This document shows positions 27,725 to 41,267 of a stretch of 64,000 bases of DNA, piece after piece. Source of the DNA: Octopus sinensis (lineage: Eukaryota); NCBI RefSeq assembly GCF_006345805.1, contig NC_042997.1, positions 152,644,001-152,708,000 on the forward strand. The letters run 5' to 3'. Under the pieces are notes generated by a model, which saw nothing but the letters and a program-made list of their open reading frames with translations, had not been told where the DNA came from and made no database searches. The translations under genes and the position numbers were made by a program. Positions within the stretch are counted from its first letter, which is position 1, and each line of letters begins with the position of its first letter.

Positions 27725-29917
27725 ACAGTGCTCAAATACTTCCTTGTTAAATACTTTGTAGTGTGAATATATGTTTATAAATGCTGCATGTATCTTAGAA
27801 GAATTCTTACAGAGAAGAATAAATTTAGGAACTATATATTTATTATATAAAATATATTTTATTTACTGGTTGTCGATGAAACATAATCAAAATGTAGGAA
27901 CTAACTGAATGAAATAATCTATGTAAAAAAGTTAAAAAATGTAGAAATAACAGCTAAATAGTGGTTTTTAGTAATGTGGCATAGAGAAATAGATAGACAT
28001 AGCAACAACGTGAATGGCTCCGAGTCTAATCGACAAAGAAGCAAAGATCAGGACAAGAAAACTGTTTGTATTAATGGAACGCTAGACATTCTAGAAACTT
28101 GCAAGAGAAACGCGAGGCTTCTTGAATAATTAAGAATTACTTCTCAGGAAAAAAATCTTCCGAGAAACTTACTAAAGGGAGTTTACTCTATGACATTTCT
28201 TGCAAGATTATATCATTCAACTAGTTTAGCTACAGACGACAAACTACTACGACTTCCTTATTCTCGATAAAATAATAATTGCAGAAAGAATGGACGTTTA
28301 ATAAGGGTTAATTTAATGAAGATATATATTACAGTACATTAATGTTGCGGAATTACTTTATTTTATGATCCAATAATTACCATTTTATATAGTACGATTC
28401 ACTTACATAGAAGGCTTTTTTTCCCAAAAGCAGAAATTATTATGAGAAAAATATTTATGTTACATTTATCTTTATTAAACTTTCTTCCTAACATCTGAGA
28501 AGAGTGAATCGAAAAACAGAAAGATGATATGGGTTTATGTCGTGTACGTAGACAAAGTAATTAACATTGAAAAATTCCGTATGAAGCATAATACGCTGTT
28601 AAGTCAATACTCTGTCCACTAAGAATATTGTACAATATAGACTGATCGATGAACTAGATATTTCACCAGCAAGTGTAATATATAAGATATTTACCTACTC
28701 AATACTTCAGCTTTTACATCTGCCATTTTTTCTTCATATGATATTAGTTTAAAAATCAAGAGGTGGATTGGCCATTATAGCAACTGACACAATGACTTGC
28801 GATAATTATTCAGTCTCGTACATTCTGAATTCACATTCCTCCGAGGTTAAATCTGCTTGTACCTTTCACCAAAATGTAGCCATCAAGTTTGGAGTTCGAT
28901 ATCATCGACTTCTAAATTGTTCCGAAATGCCACGAACTATCACGTTACAGCTGGACTCATGTTCTTACACGACTATGAGACATCGACGACTGACGACTTG
29001 TTAGAAAACGCTACTGTTTCATCACTATTATTTATCTATAAGACAGCACACACATCTTGTCTTTACACTAAAAAATGTGAACAAGGATATTAATAAGCTA
29101 ACTTTTCCCCCTATTAAATTCTAATAACAATTATAAAAATAATGTGTTTAGAATCAATACTACGAAGAAAACAAGAATCACAAATAAACAAAGAAATGCT
29201 ACATTTTCAGCGCAAAGATTTACCTCAGTCGTATATAAAATAGAAAATGCTTTGTGGCAATGAATAGCAGGGCTGTTAGCTCATGGGGTACTTACTTCAT
29301 TCTATTTCATATTTTTTCCCCTCAAGCGTAACATTTTAATCTCTATTTTATTGAAGGTTATCTACAGCGACCGACGCGAAAAGGAATCTGTACATCAAAA
29401 TGAACTAAAGTCATAAAGTTTAGAACAGTTTAACAATTGTTCTCAAGATACTTTATTTATTTGCTTTGAGTAACTAACATCGTGATATCGGCTTTACAAC
29501 AGAGCTGGTTCATTGCACAGTAACAAGATGTTACATATACTTTCTCAATTGAATAGTTTCTTCAGTACTTGAATGATTTATTTTCCTAACTAGCGATCAT
29601 CATAGTCTCTCTCATGGGTAGTGATGACGTCATAGATTTCTTTACTGACGGAAAGACGTCCATTGTGATTATCTTATCGTTCGCTGTTCAAATATAATAG
29701 CAACAATATAACAAAATTCAAATGCTAGTAATATTTAGCTTCAGATTCAGCTCTGAATAAGCAGGTATTTGTTGATCAAAGTCCTTCCAATCGTGACCAT
29801 TTAACATTGACATTTAACACGATAGGGAGGGTGTCTTAGCGACATTTGGGTGCGGTGTCTAGAGGTTAAGCAAACGTAATGTCTGCAGCAAGAGAATTCT
29901 GAGTTCTAGTAACAAAC

Positions 29918-30150
29918 CTTTTCTTTACTACCCACAAGGGGCTAAACATACAGAGGACAAACAAGGACAGACAAACGGATTAAGTCGATTACGTCGACCC
30001 CAGTGCGTAACTGGTACTTAATTTATCGACTCCGAAAGGACGAAAGGCAAAGTCGACCTCGGTGGAATTTGAACTCAGAACGTAACGGCAGACGAAATAC
30101 AGCTACGCATTTCGCCCGGCGTGCTTACGGTTCTGCCAGCTCGCCGCCAT
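29918..30150 (-). mobile_element. SINE family C, single unit, with 16-bp TSD
   Basis: agttctagtaacaaac at both 29902-29917 and 30151-30166. Confidence 0.92.
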
Positions 30151-30291
30151 AGTTCTAGTAACAAACTCCATAGAAAAAGTGTTAAGCTTGTAATCTTCTG
30201 GTAAGCAAAACCTCTAACTTGGTTTTAATACACTACCGAAGTAATTTAATTCACGTTACTAATATCATCGATTTATGTATGAAGATCAAAG

Positions 30292-30400
30292 GTGGCGATC
30301 TGGCAGAATCGCTAGCACAGAGGTCAAAATGCTTACCGGCGTTTCATCTATCGTTACATTGTAAATTCTAATTCTACCGAGGTTGTTTTCGAAATTATTG
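30292..30400 (+). mobile_element. SINE family C head fragment
   Basis: ggtggcgatctggcagaatcgctagcac...taattctaccgagg is a degenerate head. Confidence 0.6.
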
Positions 30401-31717
30401 GGCTTATACCACAACTTGAAACCGATATATGTATGAAAATCACATCATCCAGTATCCCCTCTATGTGTCCAATGAAAATGCATCAACATTAATTTAGGGT
30501 ATAGACACAAGAAGACAAATTTTGAGATGGGGCGATCCCAGAATGATGATAGTCCAAGTTTAACTCGATAGGATTTGTAACGAGGCATATATAATTAGAA
30601 ATCGAATGATTCCACCAATTCACTGCGCAAAAATGTAGCAAATAGTGATAGCGAGTTAATTTATTGTGTTTGTATGGAACTAAAAGATTGGATTACCATA
30701 TGATGAATATATCTGCTAAAAATAGCTGCAAAAATATCACTCATATTACAGTCTACACCTCATAAAGTGAAGGACACATTAAATAATCTACTCCGCATCC
30801 TGTTGATCATTGTTTTCCTCGTTCGGTACCGACTTGTGGTTAAATGACAATAACAAAAACAACAACTCCCCCTCCTTCTACGATACATATTTTGGTTATT
30901 TCGTCTCATCAATAGAATTGTATGCTGTATACACACGCACATAGTTTATCGATCTTTGTGATATGAAAGTCAAAATCAAACTCAATAGCGTAGACGAACG
31001 AAATTAAACTGTATGATATTTACTTCTCTACTCAAATATTTCTGCCAACTAGGTTGAACTAACAAAGAATTATTAAATTTTCAGATTGGCAGGAGGTCAC
31101 GGATTTGGTGAGGAAGAAAGACAAGGTATAGTCGACTAAATCGAATCCAGAGCATGCTATCATATAATAATTCCGAACACAGATAAACGCACAGAATAGA
31201 TTATTGAATAAAAAGATATTTGTTTAACCAGGGACAGCGGATTGACAGAATCTTTTGGTACATAATTCTTGGCAGCATTTGTTCCAGCGCAATGCGTTCT
31301 GAGTTCAAATCCCTCAGAGATAAACTTTGCCTTTCGTCTTTTTTTCCTGGTTGATAAATAAGGTATCAGTTGAGTACTGAGACGGTCCTTATTCCTTTGT
31401 ATTTTAATTACATCTCTAATTAAAAGTGCGAAGTTCTTTTACTGTGTCACGCTAATTAGGCTGGGAATTCTGTAAAGAATACATATGACCGAGGAATATG
31501 TTAATTTCAACATTAGGATTTTCATCGGATAAGTGTGTATAAAATATATTCGCCGGGCATAAGCGGTGTGTGCGTGTATATATATGTTTATACGTGTGTC
31601 TAAACTGTATTGGGCAATACTTGTACGTACAAGTATACTTAGATGTACAGGTATACATAGAAAGGAATAGATATGCAGGTGACGTGTGCACATATACAAC
31701 TGATAGGTAAGTAGATA

Positions 31718-32575
31718 CGAGTTCTGATCAATAAGTATCCGGACTATTGCCATAGTAACGACGCTAAAGCACGAAGAGTTAAGCCGTTTCGCACACATTG
31801 ACCTTGAACTGTATTGTGCGTACGCACAAAGTTTTAACGTTCTACTGTTTACAGCAGTGCTTGGAAGGAAGATATGTAGAGTGTGATCGTCGCATTAACC
31901 ATGACAGAGAAAGTAGTCACAGCGATTCCAGCTTAGAGTCGTATGCAAAGTTTCAGAGTGTCTATGGAGAGGAGTGTATGCCGTACACAAGTGTACGAGT
32001 GGTTTAGACGTTTCGAAGATGGCCCCAAATATGTCGATATTGACGAAGGTTATGGGAGACTCGCAACCAGCAGAACTAAAAGCAACACCGCAGATGTCCG
32101 TACAGCGGTGAGGGAAAATCGACGAATCACCATTCGTGAATTATCAGAGAATATGCAGATTAGTTACGGTTCAGTTTAGTCCATTATCACTGAAGTTTGG
32201 GTATGAGATGCATGTCGGCCAAGTTTGTGCAAAAGCTCTTTCAGCTGACCAAAAGAACACTCGGGTTTCAGTTGCACAAGATCTTGATCGTGTCGAGAAC
32301 AATGAAAACTATTTGAAAACTTTGCGTGGCCTCTGAGTAGTTATCGCCGAACTTTTGGTAAAATTTGATGCAGATTCTCTGTTCAACTGTCTGCCATAGT
32401 TATTGCGACGAACACACGCCACACACGTTCCACCCAGCGAGAGTGAGGTAGAACGTTGAAACAAATTGTGCATGCACAGCAGTATTTAGGGTCAATTTGT
32501 GCGAAGCTGCTTTAATCTGCGTGCTTAGGATTCGTTACTATGGCAACAGTTTGGATACTTATTGATCAGACCACG
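31718..32575 (+). mobile_element. Internally deleted mariner element (HTH retained, catalytic domain lost)
   Basis: TIRs cgagttctgatcaataagtatcc...ttgccatagtaacga and its reverse complement, TA on both flanks; YAKFQSVYGEECM, RTQVYEWFRRFEDG and RENRRITIRELSE motifs; no DD34D region. Confidence 0.9.
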
Positions 32576-32629
32576 TAACTAGGTAAAAATAACCGATCAC
32601 AAGAGCAAAAGAAAAATATAGCAAAATAT

Positions 32630-32673
<44 letters not shown>

Positions 32674-32693
32674 ATATATATATACATATACAT

Positions 32694-32764
<71 letters not shown>

Positions 32765-33240
32765 CATGAGGTAAGGAAAATGCACCCAGATTACATAGTT
32801 TTAATATATTTTCTAATGTATTGTATAAGTGAAAGAGTATTGCGTTTGTCGACCGGTTTCGCTTTCGCTAATCATAACATTGAAATTATTGTAATTTCAT
32901 ATTTTCATAAGAAGATTTTCATCCGACTTGTGTGTAGAGAAGTTTGTGGTTGAATCACTCAACAAGTTAAAAAAATCTAAGGGGAGTTAACTGGTGATCG
33001 TTATTATTGCAAACAAGGGAGGTAATTGCTATCTTTCAGGGAGGGGATAAATATATATACAGAACTTCAAAAGCTAAAGTAGTAAGATGAAATATGTGAT
33101 CATGAATTAAAAAATGTACTGAGATCAAAGTTGGTTGTGCATTCATATTCAGACATGATGAAGAAATTTTCTTTAACTGTTCTTGTACAGAAATTGATTC
33201 TTTGAACTGGTAGATGGGGAAAACTGTAATGGTTGGTTGG
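32765..33240 (-). mobile_element. Penelope-like 3' end: GIY-YIG C-terminal remnant, UTR, hammerhead, tail, (TA)n
   Basis: 33121-33238 reads PTITVFPIYQFKESISVQEQLK-(frameshift)-ENFFI, like PLE endonuclease C-termini; hammerhead motif about 240 nt downstream; (TA)n at 32630-32760. Confidence 0.6.
32847..32879 (-). ncRNA. Minimal hammerhead-like ribozyme with A3-U8 core variant
   Basis: Minus RNA UGUU-AUGAUUA-GC GAAA GC-GAAA-CCGG-UC/GACA: stem I 4 bp, stem II with GNRA loop, palindromic stem III ACCGGU, GUC cleavage triplet. Confidence 0.62.
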
Positions 33241-34109
33241 ATATTACTTACACATAGTTGTTCACACACAAACAAACACGCGCGCACACACTGACAAACA
33301 TACACATATAAATATAAAACAAGTTACAAATAATGGTCATTATATATTTGAACAAGTTTGGCTTGCAGCTGTTTGCAGTAGTCATTGTAGGTATATTACT
33401 GATATGTTCACTCAAATGGTCTATTGATCAATTCAGGGAAATGGCATGACCTAACAAAATCAATGGTACTTTCATCAGAGCTATTTCTGGATATTTTTAA
33501 CTTGATTCTTATATACCACTCTGTGTACATACCAGTTTATCTGAAGCACATCCACAGATTTATAATATACAATTGTGATGATCCATAACCGGGGACGTTA
33601 CCAAAAGATTAACTGGGGTTCTTCACTAATCTCAGTAACATTGTTAGTCTCGTGTGCCAAAGGAGAGCTACTGAAATATTTTGCCCGGATTGATAATCCC
33701 GCACTATTTGTTCTATATACTTAAAAAACAGTCCGTTAAAAGCGAAAAGTTCTGTAGGCGAAGAGAAAAAGAACTACACGCAAAACGGCAGAGACTGTAA
33801 AAGATCCCATTTTTTACTCTCTTTTCTCTGCTTTCTCTCTCTTGTCCACATATTCTATAACAACTCAATATGACCGAACTTTTAGTAATCCACATTTTTT
33901 AATATTCTTCGCCGATCATTTTTGATATTATCTACCCCTGTCATTGAGTTTTACGAACATTTAATCATTTAAACATGTTTCTACTTTATAATTTTAGATT
34001 CTGATAAAATCCCATTGTTTTATATACATTTATACCAATGACAAATGAAAAAATTATTGAAACTAGTTTAGCCTTTATATATATATTCATATATATATAA
34101 TTTGTCGGG

Positions 34110-34292
34110 ATTGGACCGCTGAACTCTACAAGTTTTTTTCATTCTCTCTCTGTTTATTTTCTCTTATTTCTTTCTGTTGAAGAGCAAAGACTCGGAACGT
34201 AAAAGACTTTCATTTTTCCCGAGCGTCAAACTAATACACTTGCTTGTTATTCATACACCTGCCTTCGTCTTTTGTTTCTCTATAAATTTCAA
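34110..34292 (+). mobile_element. Penelope-like terminal fragment with decayed hammerhead (34169-34206), ending in (TA)n
   Basis: tcttt-ctgttga-a-gagcaaagactc-ggaa-cg-ta-aaaga, homologous to 54289-54326; the tail matches 6917 and 54350. Confidence 0.75.
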
Positions 34293-34293
34293 C

Positions 34294-34336
<43 letters not shown>

Positions 34337-34338
34337 TG

Positions 34339-34369
<31 letters not shown>

Positions 34370-34511
34370 TTGTGTGTATGTATATGTATATATATGTGTG
34401 TGCGTGTGTGTCCGTGTATGTGTATATATATATATAGATGTATGTGTGTGTGTATATGTATATATATATATAGATGTATGTGTGTGTGTATATGTATATA
34501 TATATATATAT

Positions 34512-34568
<57 letters not shown>

Positions 34569-34697
34569 TTGTGTGTATGCATATGTATATATATGTGTGT
34601 GCGTGTGTGTCCGTGTATGTGTATATATATATATAGATGTATGTGTGTGTGTATATGTATATGTGTATATGTGTATGTATGTGTGTGTATGTATATG

Positions 34698-34767
<70 letters not shown>

Positions 34768-34770
34768 CAT
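34293..34770. repeat. Compound (TA)/(TG) microsatellite with internally duplicated blocks
   Basis: The block ...tatgtttgtgtgtatg.atatgtatatatatgtgtgtgcgtgtgtgtccgtgtatgtgtatata...gatgtatgtg occurs twice (about 34360-34470 and 34560-34660). Confidence 0.95.
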
Positions 34771-35234
34771 ACATAAATATACATATGTATGTTTTCATGT
34801 TTGTGTACAATATAAAAATGTGATCCGGCTATCAGGGTCACAAATGTAGTTAAATGCCGACGTAATTTGATTGGATGAATCAACCGAAAATCCAGGATAT
34901 ATAAGCTTCAAAGTTTCCATTGATGAGCATATAAGCAAAAAACAAGAGATTTGAGGAAAAGAGCTTAAAAATTTCCTTAAGTGTTAACAGCTGTTATTTC
35001 TCTAAAAAACGTGTGTGTGTATTCGTGTACATGCGCATGCGCGTGTTTGCTATAATTCGCTGTCATACTCATTAAATACTTTAATAAGTTTTATCAGAAA
35101 TACTCCGAGATTCTGATGGTATTTTGCCAAACGCTGATATAAACACACACCCACGGACATAAATACGTACATAAATACGTACATAAATATATATTATACA
35201 GACATATACGTATACAAGAATATATTGGTTTCAT

Positions 35235-35440
35235 GTTTTGGTACAAGGCCTTCATTTTCTAAGCTAGGGGTAAGTCGTTCACATAGATCCCAGTGCTAAG
35301 CCGATACTTATTTTATCGACCCCGAAAGGATGAAAAGCAAAGTTGACCTCGGCGGGATTTGAACTCAGAATGTGATAGACGGATATGATGCCGCTAAGCA
35401 TTTTGCCTGGTGGCGTAATGACGTTTCTGGGAGGTCACCA
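35235..35440 (-). mobile_element. SINE family C, single unit, older copy
   Basis: cgaccccgaaaggatgaaaagcaaagttgacctcggcgggatttgaactcagaa core. Confidence 0.8.
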
Positions 35441-35948
35441 TCTTTCTATATAGATATATTGAAATGCATTATATACTAGGAACACCTCGCGTTTCACGTA
35501 CCTGGATATAGATTAAACAGAGCCCAAGAAGAAAAAAAATTGCCATTCGGTGATATTTCAATGTTTTGCAAATGAATATTAGCTAGTTCATTTCCAAATT
35601 ATCTTATTTGTTTTTTGACTCCTAAAAAGGTTCTGCATGTATTAATATAATACAAAGATCCAGTTGCCAGAAAAATTATCATGTTCCCGATATGTAATTA
35701 ATTCTTCAAATATATGCGCATGCCTTGAACTGTCCTTCATTTAGTTTTTTATATCATTAAGAGTGTGTGTGTATGTGAGCCTGTGGGCGTTTGTGTGTGT
35801 ATGTGTGTATATCTGACTGTGTGTGTTAAGTAATTATAAACAATAACTACCATTCATTTACTAATGACGAAACTCAGCACTAAAAGCCGTTTCCTTTTCC
35901 TTTTTCATTTAGAGCCAATTTTGACCGGCCACCTTCTTAGTAGCCATA

Positions 35949-36530
35949 ATCGTTTCTTCTCTAGGCACATGGCCCGAAATTTTGGGACAAGGGACCAGTT
36001 GATTAGATCGACTTTAGTACGCAACTGGTACTTTATTTGTCGACCCCGAAAGGATGAAAGGCAAAGTCGATCTCGGCGGAATTTGAACTCAGAAAGTAAA
36101 GACAGATAAAATACCTATTTCTTTACTGCCCACAAGGAGCAACACACAGAGAGGACAAACAAGGACAGACAAACGGATTAAGTCTATTATATCGACCCCA
36201 GTGCGTAACTGGTAATTAACTTATCAACACCGAAAGGATGAAAGACAAAGTCGACCTCGGCGGAATTTGAACTCAGAACGTAATGGCAGACGAAATACCT
36301 ATTTCTTTATTACCCACAAGGGGCTAAACATAGAAGGGAAAAACAAGGACATACATAGATATTAAGTCTATTACATCGACCCTAGTGCATAATTGGTATT
36401 TAATTTATCGACTCCGAAAGGATGAAAAGCAAAGTCGACCTCGGCGGAATTTGAACTCACAACAACGACAGACGAAATACGGCTGCGCATTTTGCCCGGC
36501 GTGCTAACGTTTCTGCCAGCTCGCCGCCCT
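35949..36530 (-). mobile_element. SINE family C with three 184-bp internal units and 15-bp TSD
   Basis: Core starts at 36041, 36225 and 36409 (184-bp spacing); ttcttagtagccata at 35934-35948 and 36531-36545. Confidence 0.92.
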
Positions 36531-36709
36531 TTCTTAGTAGCCATATTGTGAAAATTGCGTTTTGTTCTGTTGCCTGTCGTTTAAATGTTAAAGTCTTGTA
36601 GATCTTTATTGTCCCAGGTATTGTGATAATTTTTAGTGTATGAATTATGGAGTAGCGTTGTCTCTCCAAGAACACAAGTTCAGCCATTCTTTGCTCTATA
36701 TATGTATGT

Positions 36710-36728
36710 AAGCATGTATGTATGTATG

Positions 36729-36762
<34 letters not shown>

Positions 36763-36875
36763 TGTATGTAGGTTGGTGCGTTTATGTATGTATGTATGTA
36801 TGTATGTAGGTTGGTGCGTTTATGTATGTATGTATGTATGTATGTAGGTTGGTGCGCTTATGTATGTATGTATGA
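36710..36875. repeat. (TATG)n microsatellite with three ggttggtgcg interruptions
   Basis: Read directly. Confidence 0.9.
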
Positions 36876-39800
36876 TCTCTGTCTGAAACAACATTCTCCT
36901 TTCTCTCTCTCTCTCACTCGTTTTCTAGTAATTAGGTTTTAAGCACACTGTCACACAGAGCAATTAATTGCTTATCAATTTGAAATTCGGAAATGGAAAT
37001 ATTTAGAAAGTGTTCAAATGCCACTAATAATCAGGTGCAGGAAGATCGCGTCGTCGACGACGCTGTTCACCTTAATATATTATTGTCAATGTAGATGAGA
37101 AACAATGAATATAGTTAACAACTGATTAACAGTAATACTCCCACGATGAAGATTAAAACAAAACAATGACGTCTTTATGTTCAAATTTCGTAGGAGAAAA
37201 CAGGATATCGTAAATCATTTCGTTCTACTTTCAGTTTGTTTTTAAATTGCTAATCTGTCAGTAATGTTATAAAATCATTTACTGAAACTTTAAATTAGAT
37301 TACTTAAGTTTTTCTCTAGATCCAATAAAAGACAATTATTTTCAAAATGATCAAATGACTGCGAATACGACCTTAATCGATATCAATATATTTGATATGT
37401 TAAATGGCAGAAGGGCTGTCATTTATTGCTTCTTCATTGCACGTGAAATTAATATTAAAATGTGGAAAATGGGATAAAAAATTCATCGTTTTTGTTTTCA
37501 ACTCTTTTAATCTCTCTTCTGTTATACTATATTATTTATATCGAGGAATTTTCATTTCTCTTCCTATTGACAATCTTAATGTATGTACACGTCCTTCCTC
37601 TTCCACCACCACCTACTAGCTCTCATTAAATAATTTCATGCCGCTCACAACTTGAAACATTAATTTATTAACATTTAATACGGTTTAAATCTCAAATTCT
37701 TCACAACAGATTTTGGTAATTTGATTAATTCTATTTAGCAAGCTTTAGTACCTGTCAGATTTTTGCTGGAAAAAAAAAATCAGTATAATATAAGATTGCA
37801 ACACAAATAATATATATATGAAAAAGAAAGCATGAAAAATATTTACTAAAAGTATAAAGATTAAACGCAAGTAGTAATTCATTTATTGTTGTTTGTTTAT
37901 GAGATTAATTTTCATATTATTGGCATGTGCTATGTGAGTGGCCAATGGGTGAAATTGAAGTAGATGTGATATAAAATTTTTATAATGTTCTAATTTATAC
38001 TTTGAGATAATTTTATTAATCTTGACATCTGTGGTCAACAGTATTCAGCACCCTTGTTAGATGCTGTATTTACGCAAAATATACAAAGACTGGTTCCTAC
38101 TGTTTGTCTGTGTGTTAATTGATCCACAGTTAATAGGTTCGCAACTAATGGGTATCTGGTCTATTTCTCAGGGATTGATAGCATCTTCTGGTTAAAGGCC
38201 TTCTAAATAATCTTTCGCATAAATAAGAAAATTGAGTGTACGACTATTTATAATAAAATTAAGCTGATTTCCAACATTTTAAACTTACCCAACACTAAGA
38301 CGAAAACGAAGGATTAAATGCATGCAAACATTACTTCGTATTCTTATTTATAAGAAGTAGGGGTTGTCATAAAACATTCAGTATTTGAGTGGGAATATAT
38401 TCTTGTGTTAGAGCCTCTAAACTAAGGAAAGCTAAACCGAGGACTAGAAGCTAAATTGAAGATAATATAAAGAATTTGAAGCTTTCACAATGAACTGCAC
38501 CAAATCACTTGAAGCTAGAAGGCGCATGTAAATGTCTTAGGATTTACTGGGAGATAAGACGCAAAGAGAAAAATTTTAATTAACTTTAATATAGTCCATA
38601 ATATATGTATTATTTTGGGCAACATTATTCTGTGTCCTGCCGTTTTAAAAACACTTTTGTGTAATTGATGGAGATATAATTCCTCCTTTTGACAAGTGGT
38701 GGAGATCAAATACGCTGTTTCCGCTTCTGCCATGGTCAGGTACAAAGTAAAACTAGAACTGAACTTTGCAAAATAACGAATCATATGTTGTAGTGCTCAC
38801 AATTGTTTGAGGGTAAACCTCTAGAAAGGACATATTTTCAATTGAAGGAGTTTTGGTGGCACACTCCAAGCGGTGATAAATTTGACCAAATAAAATTCCT
38901 TGTTCTAACTGGGTTCGAGTTTTACATGGGGAAACAGTATATCTGTCAGCTGCTTGAACGAAGCACGGACTAGTTCCTGATATTTTAGAAATCCAAATCG
39001 GAGACATAAATGCTACTGAACATCAACCTTATTAGTTCTAGCGTTGTTGAAAGGCTATGAAGGCCACGAACGTACACTTCTCCTAAGCGATACGTATATA
39101 AGATATAAAAGTTCAGCAAAGATATATAAGAGAAACATTGGAGAAGGAGATGTAGCATAAATAATGTGTAAATTGATTGAATCTAAAACTAATAATATCG
39201 CCATTACTAAATGTGTCAACGTAAACTTTTATCATGAATCTACTTGTAATAAGTATTTAATATTTTTACTACTTCTTAGAAAATTTAAAGAAGGATTAAA
39301 GATATCTTCAAATCGCAACGAATCTATATTCGTATATTTCTAATCAGATTTAGAAAAGTAGATTCGACAAAATACTTTGGTATTTAATGATAAATAGTAT
39401 TTGATCATTATTTATTTAAATCTTTTAGGTTGCCTTTAATTATTGAATTGCAGTCATACTGGGCATTTCCTCCTAGGGTTTCTCTCAATTATACTGACTC
39501 TGCTATTAGTCTGGCGCTAATTTTATCGATTTCCGGATCCCTGTTTATTGAGTGGCTGAATTGACCAAAAGGTTGGTTTCGTTCATTTGTTTGGTAGTTG
39601 CTACAAGAAAATATCGATTTATGTCGATATACACAAACACTGATACACTCTCATACAAACACACATACATGCATGCATGCATACATACATACATACATAC
39701 ATACATACATACATACATACATACATACATACATACATACCCACATACATTACAAATTTCTGCATAGTTTCCTCTCGACCAATTTTACACAGGAAATATT

Positions 39801-40329
39801 TGTCAAATTGTGGTTATTGTAGAAGACAGTAACAGTGTAAGGCATCAGGCAGGCGGATCAGACCGGGAACATATAAATACAGCGAAATTCTTAATCACAC
39901 AGCCATGCATGTACTCAGTTATAGAACAATACGAATAAATTCATTTTGCTTTAAATAAGTTTACATAGACAGGAATGGAAGTGTGCGTTCTGGATAAATC
40001 TTCGTATAACGAAGCATTTCGTAATGCAAAACCTTTTTGTTGATTTCCATGTCATAAATTGAGATGCATTCCAGTGGATGATTTAGGAGAAAAAGAAAAA
40101 AAAAACGAAAACAATAAATCCAGCATGAAAATATTTTTTAAAACACACACGGTACAGTAAGTATACATAAAAAATTTATTTGAAGAGAAATATATCAGGG
40201 AATAAATAAGAATACGAGAATATGGCCACTTCACAAAGGAAGGTGACTATCGTGTGATAAGAAGACGTGCAGTAGAAGTTACTAGAAAGGAAATGAACAT
40301 TTTACTCTACTCTGAAGATAACCATTGTC

Positions 40330-40900
40330 ATTAGCATCTACTTTAGTGGTGAAGAACTTTTCTTAGGTTATTTGATATTTAAGATGCGCAGTCTCTTTTG
40401 TACAGCTCAGTGCCGGAACTGAGATCAATGTGGGCTCTTTTAATTCTTATTGCACGTTCACAATCAGAATCCTTAACAGCGAAGCCTTGTAGGTCTCTCT
40501 CTATAAGTGGCATAATTTTAGCCATAGTCTTTACAGTCAACTGAAGGGGAGTAGATGGAGCCTTTATATGCCTTACTTGCACTGTCTACCCACTTATTCT
40601 TATTATATCATTACCTCATTAGATCAATTTTCGCTGCGAAACTTCAGCTTCTAAAAACATCATCTTGCGAACTCTTCAAATTCTGCGTCTTCTTCCAGTG
40701 TTGAAATATCTTCTCAACTTCATGCAGAAAACTGCTAAAGCTACAGAAATATTCTAGCCATATGTTTCGTCAAATACCATTTATAGTTGAAGTTTCCATT
40801 TCATCCCAAGACTCAGCCACATTATCCACAATATCCATAATGTTGAAATTTTCCCCAAGTTCTCAGACAACATGCCTTGAATCTAATTCTCGTACAGCTG
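40330..40900 (-). mobile_element. Tigger/pogo-like transposase C-terminal remnant
   Basis: ENFNIMDIVDNVAESWDEMETSTINGI.RNIW and DSDCERAIRIKR..ELYK, resembling Tigger NI.DA..NIAESW.EV and D.N.ERS motifs. Confidence 0.7.
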
Positions 40901-41020
40901 AAGGGAAAAAATATGAAACTTTTCTCGTAACGCCGCAAAATCAATCAAGTCACCGGATTGCTTTATATCTTACCTAAAAGGAGCAATGCTTTGTTGGTAA
41001 TATTAAGCTTCTTATTGAAA

Positions 41021-41215
41021 CGGCGAGCTTGTTGCCCAAAGAAATGGTCAGTAGCATTTTGTCCATCATTATGTTCTGAGTTCAAATTGCGCCAAAATCG
41101 ACTTTGCTTTTCATCTCTTGGGAGTCAATAAAATTGATACCAGCTAAGTACTGGGATGGATATAATCAACTTGCCCTTTCCTCGAAATTGCTGGACTAGC
41201 GCCAACATTTGAAAC
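41021..41215 (+). mobile_element. SINE family C, older copy
   Basis: cggcgagc head, gagttcaaattgcgcc B-box, gactttgcttttcatc core. Confidence 0.72.
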
Positions 41216-41223
41216 AAATATTA

Positions 41224-41267
<44 letters not shown>

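Noticed and set aside
38289-38294. 6-nt minus-strand micro-exon candidate (polypyrimidine-AG, TGTTGG, GTAAGT)
   Set aside because: GTAAGT is frequent in AT-rich DNA and a match like this is expected by chance in 64 kb; no host gene was identified.
38660-38973. Protein-like plus-strand fragments (VIDGDIIPPFDKWW; EFWWHTPSGDKFDQIKF)
   Set aside because: Broken by stops and not matched to any family I can name.
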